DNA of 64,000 nucleotides from positions 2,270 to 66,269 of the forward strand of contig JAYWBS010000223.1 of NCBI GenBank assembly GCA_043781295.1. The letters run 5' to 3'. The translations under genes were made by a program, and so were the position numbers. Positions 10,060 through 20,187 of the stretch are shown piece after piece. Positions within the stretch are counted from its first letter, which is position 1, and each line of letters starts with the position of its first letter. This stretch comes from Polaromonas sp. (GTDB lineage Bacteria > Pseudomonadota > Gammaproteobacteria > Burkholderiales > Burkholderiaceae_C). The notes below the pieces were generated by a model, which ran no database searches, was not told where the DNA came from, and worked only from the letters and a program-made list of their open reading frames with translations.

Positions 10060-10121
10060 TCAGTAATCCTTCAAACCATATTGCACGAAACATTCAATAA
10101 AAAATTACAAAGATCACTTCC

Positions 10122-10991
10122 ATGAAAGCGCCTGTTTTTTCTTATTTAAAACCCAAGCAGCTCAATGAAGTGCTTGCTTTATTGGCAACGCATGGCGATG
10201 AGGCGCGGTTGCTGGCAGGTGGCCAAACCCTTCTGGCGACGCTGAACATGCGCCTGTCTGAACCTGCCTTGCTGATTGACATGCAAGCGGTTAACGAGCT
10301 CAAGGGTTTGAGCCTTGAAGGTCACACCTTGCGCATCGGTGCGATGGTGACACACACCGAAATAGAAACTTCTCTGCTGGTTGCAAAACACGCACCGCTA
10401 CTGACTGCGGCAGCCCCACATATTGCGCACCGCGCCATTCGCAACCTGGGCACCTTTGGTGGCTCTATTGCCTACGGTGACCCGGCTGCGGAGTGGCCAG
10501 CCTGCCTGTTGGCACTGAGTGGCGTGATTGTTGTGCGCAGCTTGCGCGGCGAGCGACGCATTGCAGCAGATGATTTTTTTACCGGCTTGTACACCACTGA
10601 GCTGGCCTCTGATGAAGTCATCGTCGCGTGTGAAATACCCGTGGCCCAAGAGAATCAAAAGAATTCTTTCAGCGAGCTGGCGCGCCGCCATGGCGACTAT
10701 GCAGTGGTGGGCCTGGCGGCTACTGCCAAAGTTACAGACAACAAGTTGTCGGCTGTACGGCTGGCGTGGATTGGCGTGGGTAGCACGCCCATGCGTTCAT
10801 TCAAAGCCGAAAAAATCCTTGATGGCCAGCAGTTGACGGTGCAAACTTTGACCCAAGCCGTTGACGTACTGCGCAGCGAGATTTCCCCCATCCCTGATTT
10901 GACCCACAGCGAAGCAGCCAAACGGCAACTGGCAGGCGTGCTGCTGAAACGCGCGCTCATGAGCTGGATGCCTACCGTAGAAAAAGTATGA
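10122..10991 (+). CDS. molybdenum hydroxylase FAD subunit (CoxM/CutM family)
   Basis: AGGQTL, IRNLGTFGGS, RRHGDYA. Confidence 0.93.
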   Translation: MKAPVFSYLKPKQLNEVLALLATHGDEARLLAGGQTLLATLNMRLSEPALLIDMQAVNELKGLSLEGHTLRIGAMVTHTEIETSLLVAKHAPLLTAAAPHIAHRAIRNLGTFGGSIAYGDPAAEWPACLLALSGVIVVRSLRGERRIAADDFFTGLYTTELASDEVIVACEIPVAQENQKNSFSELARRHGDYAVVGLAATAKVTDNKLSAVRLAWIGVGSTPMRSFKAEKILDGQQLTVQTLTQAVDVLRSEISPIPDLTHSEAAKRQLAGVLLKRALMSWMPTVEKV

Positions 10992-11518
10992 GTACGATCA
11001 TGACGGATTTACCGCAAACACAAACCATCCGCTTCACACTGAACGGCCAGAGCATGGAACGCGAGGTACAAGCCCGCACCCATCTGGTTGACTTTCTACG
11101 TGACGGCGCTGAACTCAAAGGCTCCCACCTGGGATGTGAACACGGCGTATGCGGTGCATGTACCGTACAGCTGGATGGGCAAATTGCGCGTGGCTGCCTG
11201 GTGCTGGCCGTACAAGTCGATGGGCGTAGCGTCAACACCATCGAGGGCTTGAGTGAAAGCGGTGCGCTGCGTGCGTTGCAGCAAGCGTTTGTTCGGCGCA
11301 ATGCACTGCAATGCGGATTTTGTACATCGGGCATGTTGCTGGCAGCGCATGAGCTGGTCGAACAGCGGCCGCATGCCACCAGAGAAGAAGTACGCGAATG
11401 GATTTCTGGCAACTACTGTCGCTGCACGGGTTACCAGGCAATTGTGGATGCCATTTGTGACGTGCTGGCTGAACGTGTGAATGAGCGCCTGGAAGCCACT
11501 CAAGGAGCCAAGCCATGA
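10988..11518 (+). CDS. molybdenum hydroxylase 2x[2Fe-2S] subunit (CoxS/CutS family)
   Basis: GCEHGVCGAC, QCGFC, CRCTGY. Confidence 0.94.
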   Translation: MSTIMTDLPQTQTIRFTLNGQSMEREVQARTHLVDFLRDGAELKGSHLGCEHGVCGACTVQLDGQIARGCLVLAVQVDGRSVNTIEGLSESGALRALQQAFVRRNALQCGFCTSGMLLAAHELVEQRPHATREEVREWISGNYCRCTGYQAIVDAICDVLAERVNERLEATQGAKP

Positions 11519-13950
11519 ACGCACCTGAAAGCTACTTTCTCAAACAGGTTCAAGCTGAAGCACGGCCAACCCCGGTAGCTGCACCCCTGGCCGCGCCACT
11601 TCAAGGCGCCAGCCACATTGGTCAAGCCATCCCCAGGCCGAATATCGAACGCCTGGCCCAGGGGCGTGGTCAGTACGTCGATGACCTGGACCTGCCGCGC
11701 ATGGCACATGTGGTGTTCTGGCGCTCACCTGTGGCGCATTGCCGCATCACCAGCATTGAACGCGACTTTGCCCGCATGATGCCGGGCGTGCTGGCGGTGT
11801 ATGACGGCAAAGACCTGGCGACAATTTGTAAACCCTGGGTAGCCACGCTGAGTCACCTGGCCGGTATCAAATCGGCACCGCAATACCCGATGGCACTTGA
11901 TCGCGCCTGCTGGCAGGGTGAGCCTGTGGTGGCCGTGGTGGCCAAGACCCGCGCCGAGGCTGAAGACGCCTTGCAATACGTGCAAGTGACGTGGGAAGAT
12001 TTACCCGCCGCCATTGACATGAAAACGGCGCTGCACCCTGACACGCCCATCATTCACCCCGAGCTCGGCGACAACCTGTGCTTTACCCGCACACTGGACA
12101 CAGGCGGTGTGGACGAAGCCTTCGCATGTGCTGACGTGGTAGCGGAAGCCACCTTTGATTTTGGCCGTCACACCGGTGTAACGCTGGAGACGCGCTGCCA
12201 GATTGCCGATTACAACCCGGCCTCTGGCCAGTTGACGGTCTACCACTCACAGCAGGCACCGCACATGATGCAAGACCTGTACGCTCGCCAGTTTGATTTG
12301 CCTGAAAGCTCGGTGCGCGTGATTTGCAAAGACGTGGGCGGCTCGTTTGGCATCAAGGTACATGCCTACCCGGATGACTTTGCGACAGTGGCCATCTCCA
12401 TTTTATTAAAGCGCCCGGTCAAGTTTGTAGCCGACAGGCTGGAGTCATTCACCAGCGACATTCACGCCCGTGAACACCATATCAAAGGGCGAATTGCCGT
12501 AACCGCACAAGGCGAGATAATGGCTTTTGAAATTGACGACACCACCGGTATTGGCCCGTATTCGATGTTCCCACGCACCAGCGGCATTGAAGGCAACCAG
12601 GTCGTCAACCTGACCGGCGGCCCCTACAAACACAAGGCCTACCGGGCCAAGCTCAACGTTGTGTTTTTAAACAAGACACCCACCTGCCAATATCGAGGGG
12701 TGGGGCACCCGGTCGCTTGTGCAGTGACAGAAGGCCTGGTTGACCTGGCCGCCGCCAAGCTGGGGCTGGACCCGCTTGAAATGCGCAAACGCAACGTGAT
12801 GCCGGACGACGGCTACCCGGCCACAGGCGCATCGGGCATCAAGCTGGAAGTGCTGTCGCACGAAGCCTGCTTGAGAAAAATGGAGACGCTGATGGACTAC
12901 CCGGCCCTGCTGGCCGAGCAAGCTGCGCTGCGCGCCAAAGGCATTTACCGGGGCATCGGCTTTGCCACACTGATTGAGCTGACCAACCCCGGCGCAGCGT
13001 TTTACGGTGTGGGCGGTGCGCGCATTTCGGCGCAAGACGGTGCAACGGCCAGGCTGGAACCCAGCGGTGCGGTGACGGTGATGGTCAGCGTGGGCGAACA
13101 GGGTCAGGGCACAGAAGCGATTTTTTCGCAGATCACTGCGGATGCGGTGGGCGTGGCTATGAGCCAGGTACGCATCGTGACGGGCGACACCCAAGCCACG
13201 CCCTACGGCGGCGGTACGTGGGCATCACGCGGCGCAGGCATTGGTGGTGAAGCCGTGCTGCAAGCTGGGCTGGCACTGCGCACCAATATTTTGAAGGTGG
13301 CTGAAGTCATTTTGAAACGTGATGCCGCAACGCTGGCGCTCAGCAAAGGCGCAGTGGTTGATGCTGCGACTGGCGAGGCATTGCTACCGTTTGCCGAGCT
13401 GGGCCGCGTGGCCTACTTCAGGCCAGACACTTTGCCAGCAGGCTTTACACCCGAGCTGATGGTGACGCGCCACTACGCGCAGCGCGACTACCCGTTTATT
13501 TTTACCAACGGCGTGCAAGCCTCTTATGTTGAAGTCGACAGCGAAACCGGTTTTGTGAAGCTGCTCAAGCACTGGGCGGTTGAAGACTGTGGCCGCGTTA
13601 TCAACCCCATGCTGGTGGACGAGCAGATACGCGGCGCGATTGTGCAAGGCATAGGCGGCGCGCTGTTTGAAGAATGCTTGTACGACGCTGCTGGCCTGCT
13701 GCAAAACGGCAGCATGGCCGACTACCTGGTGCCCATGGCAGGGGAGATGCCCGACATCAACATTGCGCATATTGAGACACCTACCCGCAGTTCCATGCTG
13801 GGCGCCAAAGGCGCTGGTGAAGCAGGCACGGCAGGCGCACCGGGTGCTGTGGTCAACGCGATTAATGACGCGTTGCGTCCTTTGAAAGCAGAAGTCTGGT
13901 CGCAACCTGTGACGCCTGAAAAAATACTGCGTGCTTTGGGTCATATTTGA
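11515..13950 (+). CDS. molybdenum hydroxylase large (Moco) subunit, CoxL/CutL family; substrate unknown
   Basis: GGSFG, QYRGVG, QGQG, WASRG, KGAGE. Confidence 0.92.
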   Translation: MNAPESYFLKQVQAEARPTPVAAPLAAPLQGASHIGQAIPRPNIERLAQGRGQYVDDLDLPRMAHVVFWRSPVAHCRITSIERDFARMMPGVLAVYDGKDLATICKPWVATLSHLAGIKSAPQYPMALDRACWQGEPVVAVVAKTRAEAEDALQYVQVTWEDLPAAIDMKTALHPDTPIIHPELGDNLCFTRTLDTGGVDEAFACADVVAEATFDFGRHTGVTLETRCQIADYNPASGQLTVYHSQQAPHMMQDLYARQFDLPESSVRVICKDVGGSFGIKVHAYPDDFATVAISILLKRPVKFVADRLESFTSDIHAREHHIKGRIAVTAQGEIMAFEIDDTTGIGPYSMFPRTSGIEGNQVVNLTGGPYKHKAYRAKLNVVFLNKTPTCQYRGVGHPVACAVTEGLVDLAAAKLGLDPLEMRKRNVMPDDGYPATGASGIKLEVLSHEACLRKMETLMDYPALLAEQAALRAKGIYRGIGFATLIELTNPGAAFYGVGGARISAQDGATARLEPSGAVTVMVSVGEQGQGTEAIFSQITADAVGVAMSQVRIVTGDTQATPYGGGTWASRGAGIGGEAVLQAGLALRTNILKVAEVILKRDAATLALSKGAVVDAATGEALLPFAELGRVAYFRPDTLPAGFTPELMVTRHYAQRDYPFIFTNGVQASYVEVDSETGFVKLLKHWAVEDCGRVINPMLVDEQIRGAIVQGIGGALFEECLYDAAGLLQNGSMADYLVPMAGEMPDINIAHIETPTRSSMLGAKGAGEAGTAGAPGAVVNAINDALRPLKAEVWSQPVTPEKILRALGHI

Positions 13951-14002
13951 CCAGGTACTCTGTAAGATAAAACAAGTTACCAACCACACTTAACCAAAGC
14001 AC

Positions 14003-15127
14003 ATGTCCAAATCATTTTGTTTGACCGCTGCATTATTATTTTCTGCTTTTCAAATAACAACCATAACTGCACACGCGGCTGACCCCATCGTCGTGGGTCG
14101 CTCTCTGGCGCTAAGTGGCCCGCTTAAAAGTTATGGTGAAGCCAAGCGCGATGGCGGCGATGCGTATATCAGCAAGGTCAACGCATCAGGTGGTGTGGGC
14201 GGTAAAAAAATTGAGCTGGTCACGCTTGATGACGTTTATACGCCTGCAACTACGGTTGAAAATCTGAAAAAAATAAGTGCTGAACGTAACCCGACCGCAT
14301 TTCTTGGCTTGTTCGGTGTACCCACCGTAGCCGCCGCCCTGCCCGTGCTGCTGGAACTGAAAATACCTGCAGTGGGATTGACATCTGGCACTGACGCGCT
14401 GCGCACACCCCTTAATCGCTATGCGTTCCCTGTCAGGGCCAGCTACGCTGACGAAGCCCGCAAACTGGTCAACCATGTCAAGACGGTCAACATCACCAAG
14501 GTCAGCGTGATCTACACCACCAACCCCTTTGGTGAAAGCGTGAAAAACACGTTACTCACTGCGTTGAAGGACGTGGGCATCAACGCCAAAACATTCAAGG
14601 TTGACCCGGCGGGCGCTGAAGCGGCAGTATCTGCACGCCAGGCCATCACCGATGAGCCTCAGGCCATTTTCATGACCATGCTGTCGCAAGCGGCGGTTCC
14701 CGTACTGACAGAAGTTAAAAAAACCGCTTTTCGCGGCGCGCTTTACACATTTTCTCCAGTAGACACCTCGACTATCACCAAGCAGTTGGGCGAAAAAGCC
14801 AATGGACTGGCCATCACGCAAGTGGTGCCGATTCCAAATGGCGTGCGTATCAAAGTAGTGTCTGAATATGTGCAGGCGCTGGCAGAACTCGGACGCGGCA
14901 CGCCTAGTTTTTACGGACTTGAAGCCTTTATCGAAGCCAAGGTCATGGTCGAAGGCTTAAAGCGTGCCGGATCCAACCCAAGTCCTGCGTCACTGGTTAA
15001 AAGTCTTGAAACCATGCGCGACTTTGACCTGGGTGGCTACTATGTCAGTTACAAACCCGATGCACACACAGGGAGCCTGTTTGTTGAGGTAAACGTCATC
15101 AACTCGTTAGGTGAAGTCAAGCGCTAG
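14003..15127 (+). CDS. ABC substrate-binding protein (Liv-like, orphan)
   Basis: signal peptide, LSGP, VNASGGVGG, DD.Y. Confidence 0.85.
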   Translation: MSKSFCLTAALLFSAFQITTITAHAADPIVVGRSLALSGPLKSYGEAKRDGGDAYISKVNASGGVGGKKIELVTLDDVYTPATTVENLKKISAERNPTAFLGLFGVPTVAAALPVLLELKIPAVGLTSGTDALRTPLNRYAFPVRASYADEARKLVNHVKTVNITKVSVIYTTNPFGESVKNTLLTALKDVGINAKTFKVDPAGAEAAVSARQAITDEPQAIFMTMLSQAAVPVLTEVKKTAFRGALYTFSPVDTSTITKQLGEKANGLAITQVVPIPNGVRIKVVSEYVQALAELGRGTPSFYGLEAFIEAKVMVEGLKRAGSNPSPASLVKSLETMRDFDLGGYYVSYKPDAHTGSLFVEVNVINSLGEVKR

Positions 15128-16412
15128 CGACTAAAACAGCCAGCACCTTGTCAATCCTTTTGCCGTCCAGGTCAATGACCTCAAAACGCCAACCTGCGCA
15201 ATCAACCTTGTCAGCGGTCATCAACAGGCGACCCGATACGCTCTGAAGCAAACCAGCGACAGTGTTGTAACGGCCCTTGTCTTCTTCAGGCAGCTCCCTG
15301 ATATCCAGCCGCGCCTTGAGTTCTGACACAGGCATGACACCATCAATTAACCAGCTACCGTCGTCGCGCCGGGTCGCCCAGGCATCTACCTGCGCGCCGG
15401 GTTGCAGCTCACCCGTGATGGCCTCCAGCATATCCAGCGGCGTGACCAGCCCTTGCACGACACCGTACTCATCGACCACAAAAACCATGCGGGTTGACTT
15501 GGCCCGAAATTGCTCCAGCAGTTCCATGCCGGTCAGGGTTTCCGGCACAAAAGCAGCTGGTGCTGCATAAGCACCAATCCGGTCAATGGCCGCAGCGTCC
15601 AGCTGCCCACGCAAAGCCAGCAAGCGGGCCACACTGAGTACGCCCACCACGTCATCAAGACTGCCGCGACAAACCGGGTACCACGAGTGACCGGTAGCGC
15701 CAGCTTGTTCAATCGCTTCAGCCAGCGTACTAGAGGCATCCAGCCATTCAATGTCCGACCTGGGCAGCATCAGGGACGTCAGCAAACGGTCGTCAAGCAA
15801 GAACACGTTTTGTACCATTTGATGCTCGTGCTCTTCAATCAGGCCTGCGTCAACACCCTCCTCCAGGCTGGCGGTAATTTCTTCCTCGGTCACTGCACGC
15901 CCGGCTGAATTGTCGATACGCAAAAGCTTCAGCACACCCTGTGTACTGAACGACAGCAGCCTGACAAATGGTTTGGCTGCACTGGCTACCCACATCATGG
16001 GACGCGCGACCAGACGCGCTGTGGCTTCAGGATAAAGCTGGCCAATACGTTTGGGTACCAGTTCACCAAACACAATGGTGATGTAGGTGATAACGGTCAC
16101 CACCAAGGCGGTTGCAGAAATTTCAGCGGCGCGCAGGGGAACGCCAAAACCCTGTAGCCAGGCTGACAAACCGCCGCTAAAGGCCGCGTCACCAATGATG
16201 CCGTTAAGCACGCCAATGGACGTGATGCCCACCTGCACCGTTGACAAAAAGTGTGTTGGCTTGTCAAGCAAGCCCAAAGCGGCCAGCGCACCTTTGTCAC
16301 CAGACTCCGCCATAGCAATCAAGCGCGCCTTGCGACTCGATGCGAGTGCCATCTCCGACATCGCAAAAACAGCGTTGAGCAGCGTTAAAAATGCAATCAG
16401 CAAAAAGTCCAT
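15117..16412 (-). CDS. HlyC/CorC (CNNM-CBS) family membrane protein
   Basis: FAMSEMAL, GELVPK, VDEYG, CorC C-terminal domain. Confidence 0.93.
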   Translation of the reverse strand: MDFLLIAFLTLLNAVFAMSEMALASSRKARLIAMAESGDKGALAALGLLDKPTHFLSTVQVGITSIGVLNGIIGDAAFSGGLSAWLQGFGVPLRAAEISATALVVTVITYITIVFGELVPKRIGQLYPEATARLVARPMMWVASAAKPFVRLLSFSTQGVLKLLRIDNSAGRAVTEEEITASLEEGVDAGLIEEHEHQMVQNVFLLDDRLLTSLMLPRSDIEWLDASSTLAEAIEQAGATGHSWYPVCRGSLDDVVGVLSVARLLALRGQLDAAAIDRIGAYAAPAAFVPETLTGMELLEQFRAKSTRMVFVVDEYGVVQGLVTPLDMLEAITGELQPGAQVDAWATRRDDGSWLIDGVMPVSELKARLDIRELPEEDKGRYNTVAGLLQSVSGRLLMTADKVDCAGWRFEVIDLDGKRIDKVLAVLVASA

Positions 16413-16447
16413 AGTCCAAATTTTGTTCTTGACGGAAAATGAGTGTA

Positions 16448-16642
16448 TGGGTGCCTCTAGAAATTCAGATTTTAGTTACGACATAACTTGGGTACAAGTT
16501 AGTCTGCACTGCAACTGCGTTGTCGGGATGAAGTGCAAGGCGCCCGGAGCGCAGCATACCGGAATGCACTCGTGTGCATGAGGATTGCGAGCACCGCGCA
16601 ACGCCGCAATTCGTCCGAAAAATGAATTTATAGAAGCACCCA
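16448..16642. mobile_element. MITE-like element with ~20-bp terminal inverted repeats
   Basis: TGGGTGCCTCTAGAAATTCA ... TGAATTTATAGAAGCACCCA (2 mismatches); non-coding interior. Confidence 0.6.
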
Positions 16643-16643
16643 C

Positions 16644-17483
16644 ATGTCACTGTACTTGATTGGCGACCTGCAAGGTTGCGATGCACCGTTCCAGCGTTTG
16701 CTACAGACGATTGATTTTTCACCCAGCCGCGACACGCTCTACCTGTTGGGTGACCTGGTGAATCGCGGACCAGACTCGCTGGCGGTGCTGCGCCGCCTGA
16801 GCGCTTTCGGTGACGCAGCCCAGTGCCTGCTGGGTAACCATGACCTGCATTTACTGGCGATATGGCAGGGCGTGCGCAAAGCAGGTCGTAGCGACACGCT
16901 TGAACAGGTACTGACAGCGCCCGACTGCGAAGCCCTGATGGACTGGCTGCGGCACCGAGCAATGGCGATTGAAGCCCACGGCTGGCTGATGGTGCATGCA
17001 GGCGTGCTGCCGCAGTGGCGCACCGCACAAACGCTGACGCTGGCAGGCGAGGTTGAACAGCAGCTACGCAGCACAGACTTCAAAAGCTTTTTAAGCGCGC
17101 TGTTCGGCAACCAGCCCAGCCAGTGGACCGATGATTTGCGGGGCATTGAACGCTGGCGAGTCGTGGTGAATGCTTTGACACGTCTGCGATTTTGTGCGCC
17201 GGATGGCACCATGGAATTCAGTACCAAAGGCGGCCTGGCCGACGCACCAGCTGGCTATCTGCGCTGGTTTGAGGTGCCCGACCGCATAACGCGCCAGCAA
17301 CCCATTGCCTTCGGCCATTGGTCTACCCTCAATGCGGGGCAGGCCATGCATGAAAATACACTGGCCCTGGACACAGGCTGCGTTTGGGGCGGTTGCCTGA
17401 CCGCCGCAAAACTGGGGACAGTGCCGGGCGAGTTTGAGCTCATCCAAATGCACTGCGAACAAGAGCAAATGCCCGGTAACTAG
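16644..17483 (+). CDS. apaH: symmetrical bis(5'-nucleosyl)-tetraphosphatase
   Basis: GDLQGC, GDLVNRGP, LGNHDLH, FGHWS, DTGCVWGG. Confidence 0.96.
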   Translation: MSLYLIGDLQGCDAPFQRLLQTIDFSPSRDTLYLLGDLVNRGPDSLAVLRRLSAFGDAAQCLLGNHDLHLLAIWQGVRKAGRSDTLEQVLTAPDCEALMDWLRHRAMAIEAHGWLMVHAGVLPQWRTAQTLTLAGEVEQQLRSTDFKSFLSALFGNQPSQWTDDLRGIERWRVVVNALTRLRFCAPDGTMEFSTKGGLADAPAGYLRWFEVPDRITRQQPIAFGHWSTLNAGQAMHENTLALDTGCVWGGCLTAAKLGTVPGEFELIQMHCEQEQMPGN

Positions 17484-18340
17484 CTACTTTTTGCGGTCAC
17501 TTCATCCGACCATGCACGCGCCATGCTGGCCGACAGCAACAACACGGCTGACGAGAAATAAATCCACATCAAAATAACCACCAGCGAACCCGCCGCGCCA
17601 TACGCAGATACCACCGCAGCCGTAGACAAATACAGTGCCATCAAGTGCTTGCCAACAGCAAATAAAACAGCCCCGGCGGAAGCACCCATCACCAAAAATC
17701 GTAACGATGGCTTGGGCCCGGTGCTCATTCTCATCAAGGCCACGAAAAGACCCGTAGAAAACCCTAACGAGATCAGCTCGTTGATGACAAACGCGAGTTT
17801 TTCGGCTGGCAGATAGCTCCCTGCCCACCCCGACACAAGCCCCAACACAGTCGATACCACCAGCGACACCAGCAGCAGAAAACCGATAGCCAAAACGTAG
17901 GCCACCCCGCGCAGCCGAAGCGACGCACCGTACCACCACTTTTGTTTGGGCACTTCTCCACTGCCGCGCCGCCAGAGACGCTCGAACGCGTCTTGCAACT
18001 CCGAGAACACACCCGTCGCCCCTGAGATGAGCAACCCAAAAGCGATTAGCGAAGCAGTCAAACCTTCTGACGGCCGTTGTGCGCTGGTAATCGCCTGCTG
18101 AACCACTTGCGCACCCTGCGCACCCACCACACTGCGAATCTGGTCAACCAGGCTGGTCTCGACATAACTGCGGTCCAGCCACCAGCCCAATACTGCAACC
18201 AGCAGCACCAGCAAAGGTGCCAGGCTGAGAATGCCGTAAAAAGACATGGCAGCGCTCATGCGCAGACCGTCGGCATCCATCCATTGCTGTACCGCGCGCC
18301 ACAGGGGCCGACAAATGTGCTGGACGAATCTTGGGATCAT
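17480..18340 (-). CDS. YihY/virulence factor BrkB family membrane protein
   Basis: AAMSFY..LSLAP, YGAAGSL...LMWIY. Confidence 0.92.
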   Translation of the reverse strand: MIPRFVQHICRPLWRAVQQWMDADGLRMSAAMSFYGILSLAPLLVLLVAVLGWWLDRSYVETSLVDQIRSVVGAQGAQVVQQAITSAQRPSEGLTASLIAFGLLISGATGVFSELQDAFERLWRRGSGEVPKQKWWYGASLRLRGVAYVLAIGFLLLVSLVVSTVLGLVSGWAGSYLPAEKLAFVINELISLGFSTGLFVALMRMSTGPKPSLRFLVMGASAGAVLFAVGKHLMALYLSTAAVVSAYGAAGSLVVILMWIYFSSAVLLLSASMARAWSDEVTAKSS

Positions 18341-18420
18341 GCCCAGAGCTTAAAAAACTGAGGGGAAATTCACCACCAGACGCAGGCACCAGCTACCGTA
18401 GGTGTACGCCGACGGCGACC

Positions 18421-19899
18421 CTATCCGGTAATTTTGAACAGTGCCGCGACTTTTTTCTTGGGCTTGATATTGGCCGACACACTGCTACGCGCAGGATTGG
18501 CCTTGGCAGCAGCCTCCCATGCAGGTTGCGTGTCATGCGCAGCAGCGGTTGCCTCGTAGGGCTGGTCAAAAAACGGATCGCGTGGCGCAGCGGCCTGGCG
18601 ATGCGGTGTGTGCTCCCGGCGCTCACGAAATTCACGCGGTTCACGGCGCTCGCGTGGTGCGGATTCCTCACCTTCACGGTACATGCGGTGGCCATCATTG
18701 ATATGGCCTTTTTCACCGAAATTTTTACCAAACTTTTCGGAGCTGCGCGGCTGGTCTTCGTCAAACTCCATGGCCTCCAGCTCGATTTTGGTTTTGATGA
18801 GTTTTTCAATGTCGGCGACCAGGCGCTGGTCGCTGCTGGCGACAAAGCTTACCGCCAGGCCTGAAGCCCCAGCGCGCCCGGTACGGCCGATACGGTGGAC
18901 ATAGTCTTCGGCATTGAACGGCACATCAAAGTTAAACACCGCTGGCACATCCTTGATGTCCAGTCCGCGCGCGGCCACGTCGGTACACACCAGCAAATCT
19001 ACCTCGCCTTTTTTAAAGGCATCGAGCGCTTTCAAACGCTCGTCCTGGCTCTTGTCGCCGTGCAAAGCTGTCGTTTTGAGACCTTCACGCTCCAGCGAAC
19101 GGGCCAGGCGGGCGCAGCCGAGCTTGCTGTTCACAAACACAAAGGCCTGCTTTAATTCCCGTGTTTTTAAAATCTGGTGCAGAGCGCGGCGTTTGTCGTC
19201 TGCGCCTACGCTGTAGAAATGCTGCTCTACCGTCGATGCCGTGGCGTTGGAGCGTGCTACCTCAATCGTTACCGGGTCTTGCAAGTAGCTCGATGCCAGA
19301 CGCTTGATTTCAGGCGAAAAGGTGGCTGAAAACAAAAGCGTGATGCGCTGCTTGGGCAAATAACTCAGGATGCGCTGTAGATCAGGCAAAAAGCCGATGT
19401 CCAGCATGCGGTCGGCTTCGTCCAGCACAACGTACTCGACCTGATTCAGCACGGCATTTTTGGCCTCGATGTGGTCCAGCAAACGCCCGGGCGTTGCGAC
19501 CAGCACTTCAACACCTTTTTTCAGCTCTGCGGTTTGCGGCTTCATGTCCATGCCGCCAAACACCACCGTACTGCGCAGGTTGGTGTACTTGGCATACAGC
19601 TCCACCTGTTCGGCCACCTGCACAGCCAGCTCCCGTGTCGGCAGTAGCACCAGTGCACGCACCGGGTGGCGCGCAGGGGAGGTAGACGTGTTCTCGTGCT
19701 TCATCATGCGCTGGAGCAGCGGCAAGGCGAAAGCAGCGGTTTTACCGGTGCCGGTTTGCGCCGCACCCATCACGTCTTTGCCTTCCAGAACGACCGGAAT
19801 GGCCTGTTCCTGGATAGGGGTCATGGTTTCGTAGCCCATCTCGGCTACTGCACGGGCCAGTTGAGGCGCCAGCGAAAGATTGGAAAAATTAGAGGTCAT
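18421..19899 (-). CDS. rhlE: DEAD-box RNA helicase (RhlE-like)
   Basis: AQTGTGKT, PTRELA, DEAD, SAT, HRIGRTGR. Confidence 0.92.
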   Translation of the reverse strand: MTSNFSNLSLAPQLARAVAEMGYETMTPIQEQAIPVVLEGKDVMGAAQTGTGKTAAFALPLLQRMMKHENTSTSPARHPVRALVLLPTRELAVQVAEQVELYAKYTNLRSTVVFGGMDMKPQTAELKKGVEVLVATPGRLLDHIEAKNAVLNQVEYVVLDEADRMLDIGFLPDLQRILSYLPKQRITLLFSATFSPEIKRLASSYLQDPVTIEVARSNATASTVEQHFYSVGADDKRRALHQILKTRELKQAFVFVNSKLGCARLARSLEREGLKTTALHGDKSQDERLKALDAFKKGEVDLLVCTDVAARGLDIKDVPAVFNFDVPFNAEDYVHRIGRTGRAGASGLAVSFVASSDQRLVADIEKLIKTKIELEAMEFDEDQPRSSEKFGKNFGEKGHINDGHRMYREGEESAPRERREPREFRERREHTPHRQAAAPRDPFFDQPYEATAAAHDTQPAWEAAAKANPARSSVSANIKPKKKVAALFKITG

Positions 19900-19983
19900 G
19901 TAGCCTGCTATTGTCGCATCCTGAGCGTTTTCTGGACTTTTTCAGCTACAGACGACCAGCAGCGCCTGGCCAATGCCTGAATA

Positions 19984-20038
19984 TGCTACTTTTTTTATAG
20001 CTGCTTGCGCCCGAAAACTGGGGACTTCAGCCACTTTT
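19984..20038 (+). repeat. two-box repeat, copy 1 (intergenic)
   Basis: GCTA-ctttttta(9)-TAGC tgcttgc GCCC-gaaaactgg-GGAC. Confidence 0.85.
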
Positions 20039-20154
20039 AGCACCTAATAACCAGAGATTTCAGGTACTGAATGTGTCACAAGCCTTCACACTGCCTGTTT
20101 TTAGCGCAGTTTCAAACCACCGCTACCGCTGTCATCACGCCGGTCTTCAACTAT

Positions 20155-20180
20155 GGAACAAAGTAGCGTAATGCGTGTCT
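20155..20180 (+). promoter_or_regulatory. possible ECF (sigmaE-like) promoter
   Basis: GGAAC-N17-GTCT just upstream of the DUF4136 gene. Confidence 0.35.
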
Positions 20181-20187
20181 ACACAAC

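Noticed and set aside
9433-13950. Aerobic CO dehydrogenase operon
   Set aside because: Lacks the Cu-binding AYxCSFR loop and the coxDEF genes; context points to organic substrate hydroxylation.
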